Part shown: piece by piece, positions 1 through 10,888 of the stretch
How the letters are laid out: every line of letters begins with the position of its first letter
Numbering within the stretch: position 1 is the stretch's first letter
Assembly: GCA_009602725.1 (NCBI GenBank)
Contig: WELB01000009.1
Location: forward strand, 341,480 to 364,535
Direction of reading: 5' to 3'
From: Spirogloea muscicola
Lineage: Eukaryota
DNA length: 23,056 nucleotides
Position numbers and translations under genes: made by a program
The notes under the pieces: generated by a model
Told to the model about the DNA's origin: nothing
Databases searched by the model: none
The model's input: only the letters and a program-made list of their open reading frames with translations

Positions 1-2894
1 TGCACGGCAGTATACGACCGATGCCGAGGCGATCTCGCTGACGTTGCGCTGGGGGTCTATGACCGTCTTGAGGTCCAGGGATGCGACCACGAGCAGCGGG
101 CTCGGGCGGGCCGCTGCCGGCGGCGCTGCTCCCACGTCCTTGGGCGATCCCACTGCGACCTCCATGCGGCAGTGGCTCACCTGCCACCACAGTCTCCCCA
201 GCCAGGCATTGAGCCCGGCGTTCCGTTGCCAATACTTATGAATTATTCTAGACTATGTTCCTGTTTCAGCTCTTGCAATTGCTGGCCTGAGGGTGAGCTT
301 GCTGAAGGACACCATCAGATGCAATCTGGCAGTTGGGCTCATTGTGATGGAAGGTGGCACGAGCAAGGCGAGGAGGGAGGGGTTTGGCAGATGGAGGGCG
401 GACAGGCGGGGCAGACAGGAGGGGCCGTCTCCCACCTGGCCATGAAGGACCTGGGCGCAGTTGCGGATGGCCAGCCAGCTGGGTCCCTTGATCTTGCGCT
501 TGAGAAGCAGCAGCTCCAGTGCACTGCCACAGCACGCCACAGTAATCTCGCTGGATGTTGTCAAATAGTTGTTATGAGCGCCTCGTACTCTGTGCACTCA
601 GGCTCGTTTTAAGAAGGCCAGTGCCAATGCATGCAAGGGTGAGCGGGTCCCCACCTCGTGTTGGTCCCGAAGAGACCTGCAAAGTGCTCCCCATGGAGGT
701 CCATGGGCAGGGCGGGGTCCTGTGTGCAGACGAGAGCCCCCCACATCATGGCTGAGGACGGTGCTTGAGATTACAAGAGCAACCGCAGCGGTCAGGCATT
801 GGCGGGCTTGTGGGAGGAGGAAGGAAGGGATGAGGAGGGAGGGAGGAGGGAGGCGACACCGAGAAGGGGTACACTAGCTTCAGACAGTACTGCTCGCCAG
901 CCGGAATCCCGGCCCGCTCGAATGCGTAGGACCTCTGCAAGCGCTTGCCGCAACTTGATCAGGGCTCGTTACTGTGACGGCGAGGCGCCCTCAGTGCAGC
1001 CGCCGTGAGCCATGAGTGCTGAATGGCGGTTTGCAGTGGCAGCGGATGAACCTTGACAGGCACCATGGTGAAGCTGGCCACGCCAAGCCTGGCAAGCTGA
1101 TCCCGGAGCTCCTGCTTAAGTGGTGCCGCTAGCACCTGCGCCACTCGGCCGGCACTCAGCAACCGCAGCCGACGCCTCAATCGCAATCTGCTCAGTTGGC
1201 AGTCAGACCTGGTGGCAACACAAGCAGTGCGCATGACGACCGACAGCACGTCGGCCCACCTGAAGCCGTTTGGTGAGAGCAAGCGCGGCGCCGAGTTCGC
1301 CGGTGGATGCTGCCGCCTCCAGCGCAGCGGCCTCGGGGTCGGCACCCGGAGCGAGCGGGCCGCCTGGCGCTGGGACAGCAAACATGCAGCGCTGGAGGCC
1401 CTTCACGACCACGCAGCAGCTCACACATCCGCCGCCGCTGCTTTGGCTGCTGCCAACGGTCGCCGCTACTTTGCCGAAGAGGTAGACGGTGCCGGGTGTG
1501 CCGCTGCCGCCGCCGCCAGCAAAGGCCGCCTCCTCGTGCGCATCGAGCAGAAAGAAAGGCAGGCTGCCATCTGTGTCCAGCGGCAATGCGCCATTGCCAC
1601 CGGCGGCAGCCGCGTCGTTGTCGGAGCCCGCCACCGCTACTTGCGGCAAACCTTTTGTCTCTTGGCCGACGATGGCAGCAGCTGCGGAGGCCTTCATAGC
1701 CGCCTGCCAGCCCGCCGAGGCCGTCTCTGCCTGGCCGGCCAGTGACGTCCGTGCATTCAAGATGTGCCGCCGGCAATCCTCCTCTGCCACCGGCAGGACT
1801 TCGTCGGCGGCTGCGCAGCCGGTGCTGCCGGCCAACTCGATTGCCTCCTCACTGTTGCTGGCCTCCCCACCGGCAATGGCTGCCTGCTGGGTGCCACCAA
1901 CTGCGTCCTCGTGGGGCCTGTGGAGGCTGCTCGCGGCCGGCACTGGCGCCATCGACTCCACAGGCCTGGCATCGACCAGGTCTTCGGCTGAGCTGCGGGC
2001 CGGGACGGTCATTGGGACAGCAGCTGCAGCCTCCTCCTTCAGGACAGAGCGCAGCATTGTTGCCAGAGGAGCGCCGCCCTCAGCGGCAGCAGGCAGCCGG
2101 GCGTCTGCTTGCCAAGGCACCGGCAGTCCTGCCAAGACAGTCCGCAGACGAACGGCACGCCACGTTAGCACTATCGCTGCATGGCTCAAAGCGTCCATGG
2201 TGACCGTGGAGCTCGCCAATGCGTCCAACTCAGTAGCGAAGATGTGAGAGCCGCCGCCAACACAGCAACGGTCAGCGGGAGCCCATCAAGGCAGCGTCGC
2301 TGACCTCGCCGACGCCGCTTCTCGCGCTCGCGGTCGAGGTCGTCGGCGCCGATGCCGGCAAGGACTTCGTCCAGGAGGCTGTCCGCGTCCCCTGCCCATC
2401 CGCCCCCGCCGCCTCCTCCACCAGGCCGCGCGGCCGCAGCGAACATGCTGGCCACATTGCGACGGCCAGAGGCCGCCGCCGCCGCGACGGCGGCCTTCCT
2501 CGCCGCCGTGTCGCCGCTTCTCTTCGTATTGGTCCTCCTCGCAGCTGGCGGGCCAATGCCAGTGGCAAGCGCACCGTCAGCGTCGGGGGCCCGTGCATGG
2601 GAAGCAGCGTCCAGCGAGTCGTGCCGTGCCAGGCCCTCACCACGGCCGTCGCGGCGGGCAGGGCCGTCGGCGCCGTCGGCGCCGCCGTCCTCCTCCCCGC
2701 TGTCCTCCTCGGCGTCGCCGCGCGCGCGGTCCCACTCGTCCTCCTCGCCGATGTCAGCGTAGCCAAGGCCGTCGTCGCCGACGACGAAGCCGCCGGCGGC
2801 CTGCCGGCGGCGCGCCACCAACGCCGCGTACTCCGCCTCCGGCACCTCGTCGTACACGCGCTCCTCCAGCTTCAGGCTGAACGTGTCCACACGC

Positions 2895-2925
<31 letters not shown>

Positions 2926-2989
2926 TACTCCGCAGCGCCCGGAGCTCCTCAAGCGCGCTCCGCCGCGCAGCGGGCTCACCGCCGCCGCC
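1..2989 (-). CDS. POLA1: DNA polymerase alpha catalytic subunit, N-terminal part (start codon in the N-gap; gene continues beyond the window start)
   Basis: Exons joined in frame through GT-AG introns: <2989-2641, 2544-2305, 2128-1260, 1135-1052, 934-860, 719-655, 523-436, 180-<1 (the 96-nt interval 2640-2545 is in frame and may be retained). Family motifs: 'VYDEVPEAEYAALVARRR..FVVGDDGLGYADIGEE' (Pol alpha N-terminal motif), 'LPFFLLDAHEE..PGTVYLFGKV', 'VKRSYAFE', 'LFGTNTSALELLLLKRKIKGPSWL', 'VSHCRMEV..VVASLDLKT..NVSEIASAS'. Confidence 0.95.
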
Positions 2990-3857
2990 NNNNNNNNNNN
3001 NNNNNNNNNNNNNNNNNNNNNNNNNNNNNNNNNNNNNNNNNNNNNNNNNNNNNNNNNNNNNNNNNNNNNNNNNNNNNNNNNNNNNNNNNNNNNNNNNNNN
3101 NNNNNNNNNNNNNNNNNNNNNNNNNNNNNNNNNNNNNNNNNNNNNNNNNNNNNNNNNNNNNNNNNNNNNNNNNNNNNNNNNNNNNNNNNNNNNNNNNNNN
3201 NNNNNNNNNNNNNNNNNNNNNNNNNNNNNNNNNNNNNNNNNNNNNNNNNNNNNNNNNNNNNNNNNNNNNNNNNNNNNNNNNNNNNNNNNNNNNNNNNNNN
3301 NNNNNNNNNNNNNNNNNNNNNNNNNNNNNNNNNNNNNNNNNNNNNNNNNNNNNNNNNNNNNNNNNNNNNNNNNNNNNNNNNNNNNNNNNNNNNNNNNNNN
3401 NNNNNNNNNNNNNNNNNNNNNNNNNNNNNNNNNNNNNNNNNNNNNNNNNNNNNNNNNNNNNNNNNNNNNNNNNNNNNNNNNNNNNNNNNNNNNNNNNNNN
3501 NNNNNNNNNNNNNNNNNNNNNNNNNNNNNNNNNNNNNNNNNNNNNNNNNNNNNNNNNNNNNNNNNNNNNNNNNNNNNNNNNNNNNNNNNNNNNNNNNNNN
3601 NNNNNNNNNNNNNNNNNNNNNNNNNNNNNNNNNNNNNNNNNNNNNNNNNNNNNNNNNNNNNNNNNNNNNNNNNNNNNNNNNNNNNNNNNNNNNNNNNNNN
3701 NNNNNNNNNNNNNNNNNNNNNNNNNNNNNNNNNNNNNNNNNNNNNNNNNNNNNNNNNNNNNNNNNNNNNNNNNNNNNNNNNNNNNNNNNNNNNNNNNNNN
3801 NNNNNNNNNNNNNNNNNNNNNNNNNNNNNNNNNNNNNNNNNNNNNNNNNNNNNNNNN
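2990..3857. other. Assembly gap (N run) covering the POLA1 start and the shared divergent promoter
   Basis: Run of N flanked by very GC-rich GCC/GGC repeats. Confidence 0.99.
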
Positions 3858-3967
3858 GGCGCGGGCTCCGGCGGCGGCGGCGCGGCGCGGCGCGGAGGCG
3901 GCGCTCACTCGCGGCGTGGACGGCGACCGGGTAGCCGTCGTCCCGAATCTCAAGCCGGCCCTTCGCC

Positions 3968-4723
3968 ATGGCCTCGGAGGAGGCCCCGAAGGCGTCGGAG
4001 GGCCTCGCGGTGGCGGCGGATACCGCGGTGGCTCCGGCAGGCGCGCCGGAGGCGGAGGTGTCGGCGGCGGAGACAGCAAAGCCGGCCGAGGCGGCGCCGT
4101 CCTTGGAGCGCACCGACAACGTGGAGGCGGACAAGGCTGGCGATGTCGGGGAGACGATTGTTGACAAGGCGGTGCACGACGGGGCGAACGCCGACGGTAA
4201 GGAGAACGGCGCTCCGGCGGCAGTCGACGAGAAGGCCGGCATTGAGAAGGCTGGCGCAGACAAGATCGCAGTTGAGGAGAAGGCAGAGGAGCCAGCTGCT
4301 GCTGAGGGGGCAGGGGAGGTTGTCACTGAGGATGCCAAGGAGGACGATGGTGAGGATGGAGCAAAGAGCGGAGTGACGACACGAGCTGCCAAGAGGAAGT
4401 CGAAAGGTGGCCGCTTATTATCCTGTCTTCGCTTCTGCCTCCATTCTCTTGCCTGGCATGCTTGGAAAGGCCCGAGCATACGTCATAAGCAGCCTTCTAT
4501 ATGTACGGCAAACAAGCAGGCTCCTTTCACCTCGTAGGTCATGACAGTCTACTGAACAGTCACTTGAGATAGCCATCAATGACATCAGCTTTTCTGGACA
4601 CGTAGCAAGCTTACTGCAATCAGCAATGGCAGTTGGAGCTCAAGGTCTGCTCATTGTGATTTTGGTGCAGGTGGAGAGGAGGCCATAGATGCTAAGAAGC
4701 CAAATGTTGAGGTGGAGGCCTGA
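3968..4723 (+). CDS. Acidic, Ala/Glu-rich, probably disordered protein (163 aa) with C-terminal bipartite NLS; function unknown
   Basis: ATG in gccATGG context at 3968. Exon 1 3968-4406 (AAAG|gtggcc); exon 2 4671-4723 (tttggtgcag|GT..TGA), phase 1 consistent. The spliced C-terminus is 'AAKRKSKGGEEAIDAKKPNVEVEA'. Exon 1 has GC3-rich codon usage. Confidence 0.72.
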
Positions 4724-6568
4724 AGCACGCTGTCGCTTACCTTTCCACCACAGGATTTTCCACTTAAGCACACTGTATTGCATGGATGTACCTCCAAGTA
4801 AGGTGCACTGATGTGCAATACTGACATATTGCTGAGTTAGCACCAGTTATTCTATAAGGTGCCTTTATCTTCCTCTACCTCTTACTTTTGAAGCAGTTCC
4901 CATCAGGCACGTAATTCAGTTGCTCCGGCCCTCCATGGATGGAGACTTGCCTGCATGAGAAGGTTGGCCTCGATAGCAGCAGGAAATTGGACATTTTGGC
5001 CATGTCAATGACTGAGCATCGCGGGAAAGCTGATAACTAATCACTGAGTTACTTGCTCAGCCTGAATGGCAAGGTTGAGCGCAAGCTCCTACTCTGCATT
5101 GTTTATCTTAGCAACTCATTCTTCCTCCTGACTGCTGGCCACTCATCTCGTGCAGTTCGTGTGGCACTTGCAGCCAAATTTGTGCTAGCTGTTCATTCCT
5201 GATGTGACATGTTCCATGTCCATATGCTTAGAGCCTCAGAAAACTCCTGCTACGTGCCTGGTGCATTGACCTTGACAAAATTGGCGCAAACCTGGACAGG
5301 GATTGCAATGACTCGAGTACCTTGATGTAAGCAACTTTTGCGTAGTATTTTGCCAACTCATTAGCTGTTTGCTGATATACAGCTCATTCATGTGACTCGA
5401 TCAACTCATTGTCAGCAACATGCAGTCAAGATCTGCTGAAAGAAGTACAGCAGCGGCTTCGTCAATTTAGTTGTCACTGCACACTGCAGTGGACGCCACA
5501 TCTGCATGTCTAGCATTTTGCACTTGGCATTGCCATCTCCTAAGCACTCAAGTCCACTAAGCTTTGCTAGGCTGTCTGAGCTTGAAAACACGCTCACACT
5601 TTAAGCTGCCGTGTCAATTGCAGATGATATGGTGCTTTGCTTTTGACTTCTAAAGGTCGTGATGTGCTTGAATACTGCTGCAAGTCTTCGACCAGCTTGG
5701 GGCATAGCATTCCGCAGGAATTATTTGTATGGTAAAATTGCTGGCTTTTGCTAAGTGCAGCGCTCTCAAGCTTTGACTAATCTTCGATGTGCTGGACACG
5801 CATCAAGCCAAGCCACAGCTTCCGTGGCGGTGCTCCGGCTCCCCAAGTCAGCTTGTCAGATTTGTTGCGCTCACTTGTGGGTACTGACGTCCCCATTCAG
5901 CCAGCTCTCACACTATCACCTTGGCCCCCGTTAGCACAAAACTTCGCTTCGTGTAGCCCCATCTTAACACTAGCTTTGCCTGAACAGTGTACTGGCTTGG
6001 TTCGGCCTCCCTTTCATACCATGCCCATCTCACGCCTTCTCCACAATCCTCTGGGTGTGACCCCTTGCGGCCCCTTCGGACCTTGTCTATCCTTTCTTGA
6101 GGTTTGGGCTGGCTTTCACAGCCCTCGCCCCTCCAATGCCGCTTTCTTTCGCTACTTCTACCGAAAGGGGCGAGATTAATTAGCTCTTCCAATGTCCAAT
6201 GTAAGGCAATGGCTGTGAGAGGCCGGCCCAAAGGAATGTGCAAGGTCTACAAGGACCGGAAGGCGCGCAAAGCGCAGGAAATGGGATGGGACGAAGAGTA
6301 CCAGATTACCGAGGAAAAGGTAAACCCTGGCCAACAGGCGGAGGTTGGGCACACGGGCAGCGGGGCAATGGGGAACAGGTAGTGGGGGGTGGTTGGATGT
6401 TGACGTCAAGCGCAGGCTGTTGGGGCGCCGCCGGGACGTCACTGGGGCCTGCTGCGCCTCGAAACGCTGCTGGGCTCACGAAACGCCTCAGTGGAAAAGA
6501 AAAGCGCGGGGCCAGGGATCGACCCCGAGACCGCAGCTCCTCCAGAATCTCACCCTATGCCGCCGGCC

Positions 6569-6580
6569 TGCCACGTGGCA
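6569..6580. promoter_or_regulatory. Palindromic G-box/ABRE-like element TGCCACGTGGCA upstream of transaldolase
   Basis: Perfect 12-bp palindrome with a CACGTG core about 350 nt upstream of ATG 6930. Function is untested. Confidence 0.4.
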
Positions 6581-6929
6581 GCGCTCTTCGCCTGGGGCGC
6601 CGGGCTGCCACCGGACGCTGTGGCGGGCCTCGCCGAGCTGACGCGTGGCGGCCAGGGTCCACGCGTCGGACGCCCAGGGGGGGGTGGAGGTCCCCGGTAA
6701 ATGATGACCGGAACGGAGGCCGCTCAGCAGGTAGCTGTGACCGCAGAGCTCCCCGATAAAGTAATTTATCTCCGAAAGGGGATTTGACAACGGAAGTACA
6801 ACTACCAGGAAACCCTCGGGACGCCCCCTCAACTTCCCCCCTCTGCCCGCCCGCGCCTCCCGCCGCAGACCCCGCCGCAATCCCCGGCGCGTCTCCCGGC
6901 CCGCCGTCGCCACTCACGCCCGCGCCGCC

Positions 6930-9900
6930 ATGGCGGCTCTCNGGTCCAGCGGAGCGCCATTGGCTCATGCGCCGGACGCGCAGCGACGGGCCCCCTGTCC
7001 GGCCTGCGCCTGTCCGCCGCCGCGGCGGGCAGGAGGCCCGCGCCGCTGGTCGTGCGCTCCGCGCAGACCGCCGACGCTCCTGTCGAGACGGTGAAATCCG
7101 ATGAGGCCCTGCCCCCCGCCGGCCACAACAAGCTGCACGAGCTCTATGAGCAGGTCCCAACGCCCCTCCATGGCCAGCTCTCTTCCAGCGGTTGCTGATG
7201 TTGTTTGATGGAGTGCCGTGTGGAGTAAAAACGATTGGCGTTAAGTTGGATTCGAAGGAGAGTCATGCAAGAGATGCATGAGCCACCTCTCAGTGGTCAC
7301 TTAGCACTGGAAGGACAAAAGGCTACCCAGCTTCTAATTTGGTGGCCGCGCTTTGAGAGTCAAGGGCATTCTTCTGTGACTCTGAAAGCCTGCCGGATTG
7401 CTCAAAGCTCTAGAAATTGCAGAACTGGTCTGGTGGAAGTGTGACATTAACCCAATTGCTCGTGATGCGCAATGGCTGTGACGCCATTGTCGTGCTTGTG
7501 GATTATCTAAGATGGAAATATGATGTCCGACTCCCTAGACACCTTGAAGGCCAGCTTTCCTCATGTACATTGTCCTTCTCGGATTAATCTGACCGTGGGC
7601 GCGCTCGTTGGCTGTCGAGCAGGGCGGCCAGAGCCCGTGGATTGACAACCTGTCCCGCGGCTGGATCCAGAGCGGCCAGCTGGAGGAGCTCGTGAAGCGC
7701 GGTGTACGCGGCCTGACTAGCAACCCGACGGTATCCTTCGCCTCACCCTGCCCAGCTACAATGGACCTCCATCTGATGGCGGGGCCTTGCATAATATGCG
7801 GCTTACCTGCGTATGTACTTATTGCCGGCACTTCATTTCAAGTCTGGTCCTTGCAACGAGCTAATGCTGACTGCATATCATTCTCCTATCCCTGAAAGTC
7901 CAACTGATTTTCCATCGTCTCCGCTCTACTTTATCTTGTTGCTGCTTCTTCTGCATTCGGTTGTATAATTTCTTGTTAGGTTCTTAATGTCAGCTGATCA
8001 AGAACCTAGACCCCTGATGTTATAGCACATTGTAACAACAGTTTCTGAAAGATAGCTAAAGGCATTGTCCTTTAGTATTGCAGATCTTCCAGAAAGCCAT
8101 CGAAGCAACGGACCTGTATGATGAGCAGTTCAGGTGCAGCAGTCACAGCCTTGTCAAGAAGCTTAGTAGGTGTTGGAGCAAGCTATGGCAACTAGATGAT
8201 GAACCCTCCAAGCATGGAAGCGCTGAGTTACTTGTGCACCAGCACTCACCTGATGTGGATGCCTTTGCCATACTCCCTCAATAGGTCCCTGCTCAAGGAC
8301 GGGAAGGATACTGAGGAGGCCTACTGGGAGCTGGTAATCAAGGACATCAAGGACGCTCTCAAGATCATGCGCCCTCTTTTTGATGAGTCCAAGGGTAAGG
8401 TTACGGTCAACTGTACTTGATTGTTGCTTACAGATTTGTCATACAGCAATTCTTGGTCACCTTACACCAGTTGCTCACTTGTGGTCTTCGCTGTGCTCGC
8501 TGTCTCAGACCGCAGAGTTGTTTTTGGCACCTGCAGGAGAGGATGGGTGGGTGTCGATCGAGGTCGCACCAAAGCTTGCAAATGACACAGAGGCGACATT
8601 TGCGGCAGCCAGGTGGCTGGATGAGAGGATCAGCGAGCCGAATCTGTACATCAAAGTCCCCGGAACCATGCAGGGCGTGCTTGACATTAGCAAGCTCATC
8701 GCTGAGGGCCACTCAGTCAACGTGACTGTGAGATCCTGCCTGCTGAGTCCACCCATTCTTGGTGAACTTTGGGATGCTCCTGCTTGTATCCTGCATTTTG
8801 GCTTTCCAGCTACTGAGCAAGCAGATGGGCCCTATCTGCTTAGTATGTTCATTGTTGCTACACACTCCACATCTGCTTGCCCAGTGGATCAATGGACTGT
8901 GGGTTGCTTTGGTGGGGTGCAGCTTATCTTTGGCCTCGGGCGTTACAACGACGTGATTGATGCTTACATTTCTGGCTTGGAGGAGGCTGCAGACCACAAT
9001 CAGGACCTTTCCCATATCAGCTCCGTAGCATCCTTCTTCCTTAGCCGCGTGGACTCTGAGGTGGACAAGCGCCTGGACAAAATCGGCTCAGAGGAGGCCA
9101 AAAGCCTCAGGGGAAAGGCTGCCATTGCCCAGGCTATGCTTGCTTACAAGTTGTTCCAAGACAAGTTCTCTGGAGACAGGTGTGCTCAGCACGTTCTCCT
9201 ACTGTAGCATGTCCACATTCACAGCTAGAGCTCTGATGTGGGTCATAGTATGCGCTTAAGTCGTTGTCTGAGGAGTCGTTTTCCCAACTACCACCTCCTA
9301 GTTGTAAGTCTGCATGTAGCTGAGAGCAAGTTACTGGGAAAACACACCTACTGTGCAGGCATGGCTAGGGAGGTGTGTGTGGAAACAATGCACATAGACA
9401 TTTGAGCCAGCTGTATTGCATGAATCATGGAGACTGAGCTAAGATTGACAATAGTGCAGGTGGGAGAGGCTGAAGGCCAAGAACGCTCGGGTGCAGAGGC
9501 CCCTGTGGGCCTCGACCTCAACGAAGGACCCTTCGTACCCGGATACGATGTACGTCGACAACTTGATTGGCCCTTCAACAGTCAACACCATGCCAACAAG
9601 TGCACTGCTCGCCTTTGCCGACCACGGAAAGGTAGGTGTGCAGAGTGACAACGACCTGATGAGTACCCTGTCATCATCACCTCGCGCTTGGAACCTGTGT
9701 CCAGAGTAGCAGTCATATAAGCAAGCCCAGTACCCGTACCTACTCGTAGACTAGACTTGGAACTATCATTTCTATAATGCATGACTTCTTTGCTTGTCTT
9801 GGATGTTTTTGTCACCTTCTGTTAGTACTCAAAAGAGGTGCGGTGTTGTATGCAGGTGGAGAGGACAGTTGACAGGGATCTCAAGTCAGCGGAGGAGACC

Positions 9901-10280
9901 ATTGAGAAGCTGAAGGGCCTTGGCATTGATCTGGAAGAGGTTGCAGAGGTGAGACTTGCACAACTTTGGTCTGAGGATAAAGAGTTGCATGGAGGAATCG
10001 CATTGAAGGTCTCTGCAGATGCATATCTACGCTGGATGATTACAGAGCCCTTGCCATGTGAGATAGTCACAATGTCAGGCTGCCAATTATCCTGATACAC
10101 CGTTCACACTGAGCTTTTTATCTGCACACCAGCTTTTGCTAAGTGCAGTCACAACTTCTGCCTGTCTGTCGTCAGAAGCTGGAGGTTGAAGGCGTGGAGA
10201 AGTTTGTTGAGTCATTTGACGAGCTTATTGGCAGCCTTAAGGCCAAGGCTGAGTCTTGGAACACAGGAAAGAACAATTAG
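6930..10280 (+). CDS. TAL: Transaldolase, TAL-type (plant TRA2-like), with putative plastid transit peptide
   Basis: Probable ATG 6930 (MAAL, interrupted by n at 6942), then exons 6984-7153, 7623-7730, 8084-8133, 8285-8394, 8537-8727, 8923-9179, 9460-9631, 9856-9948, 10176-10280, all GT-AG and in frame. Motifs: 'QSPWIDNL', 'GLTSNPTIFQKAI', 'VSIEVAP', catalytic Lys in 'NLYIKVP', 'SVNVTLIF', '[11 protein letters not shown]', '[13 protein letters not shown]', 'TVNTMP'. The Ala/Arg/Ser-rich leader ending 'LVVRS' resembles a transit peptide. Confidence 0.96.
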
Positions 10281-10507
10281 AGGAGCCCCCGATGCTCGGA
10301 ACCTTATGACCAGTCATTCATTTCCCTGATGGTGGAGGGTGAACCCATCACTGGATGCTGGCTTGCAGGCCAAATGTTCTGTTTGAGCTGGGAGCATTGT
10401 AAAACTCTCTTGGGAACAGCCATAGTCTTTTTCCAGCTAGCTATTACGTGTAAAGAGGCTGTTCCATATGGCGGGCCAATTTTTGGGCCAGCTTAGGTGG
10501 GACACAG

Positions 10508-10706
10508 TCCCTTTTGCTTGTACTCATTTGCATTGTCAACTTACATGAATGTGTTCAACTCCATGTTGGTAATATTGGTGATCAGCTGCTTTTAAAATGT
10601 TGATGTATCCCTTTTGCTTACTCATTTGCGTTGTCAAACTTACATGAATTTGTTCAACCCCATGTTGGTAATTGTGGTGATCAGCTGCTTTGGTATTGTT
10701 GATTGT
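10508..10706. repeat. Two-copy imperfect tandem repeat, period about 100 bp
   Basis: 'tcccttttgctt..actcatttgc.ttgtcaa.cttacatgaat.tgttcaac.ccatgttggtaat...ggtgatcagctgcttt' begins at both 10508 and 10608. Confidence 0.9.
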
Positions 10707-10888
10707 AGAATTTACAGCGAGTTGACCTCAGTGATAATACTGCGGTGTAATTTGTACCATGAGTTGGGTCATACTTTGCAGTTCTGAAAGAATAAAGATA
10801 ATAAGTGTTCAGACACTGCCTTGTGGACAATGCTTTGTAGACAGTGCCTCTGTTCCATTGTATTGTGCAGAGCTCGCATCTCCCTCGC

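Noticed and set aside
1192..2880. Many overlapping Ala/Arg/Pro-rich ORFs on both strands
   Set aside because: They are shadow ORFs of GC-rich POLA1 exons, where stop codons are rare.
2597..4479. Long ORFs of 367-535 aa spanning the first gap
   Set aside because: They are artefacts of translating N runs; the flanks are alternative frames or antisense of real exons.
6106..6124. Hairpin GGGCTG-gctttca-CAGCCC reminiscent of plant SRP (7SL) RNA helix 8
   Set aside because: The following AGCAG motif, the Alu-domain 5' end and a Pol III promoter context are absent.
6320..6330. TAAACCCT as a possible telomerase RNA template
   Set aside because: Only about one repeat unit is present, with no USE/TATA Pol III promoter or other conserved TR elements visible.
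6686..6720. 'ggaggtccccgg..atgatga' as RNase MRP, C/D snoRNA or hammerhead core
   Set aside because: There is no matching MRP P4 3' strand, no D box (CTGA) at a suitable distance, and no CUGAUGA/GAAA hammerhead pairing.
10508..10706. Repeat as a CRISPR array or LTR pair
   Set aside because: There are only two adjacent long copies with no spacers, no TG..CA termini and no internal coding region, in a eukaryotic context.
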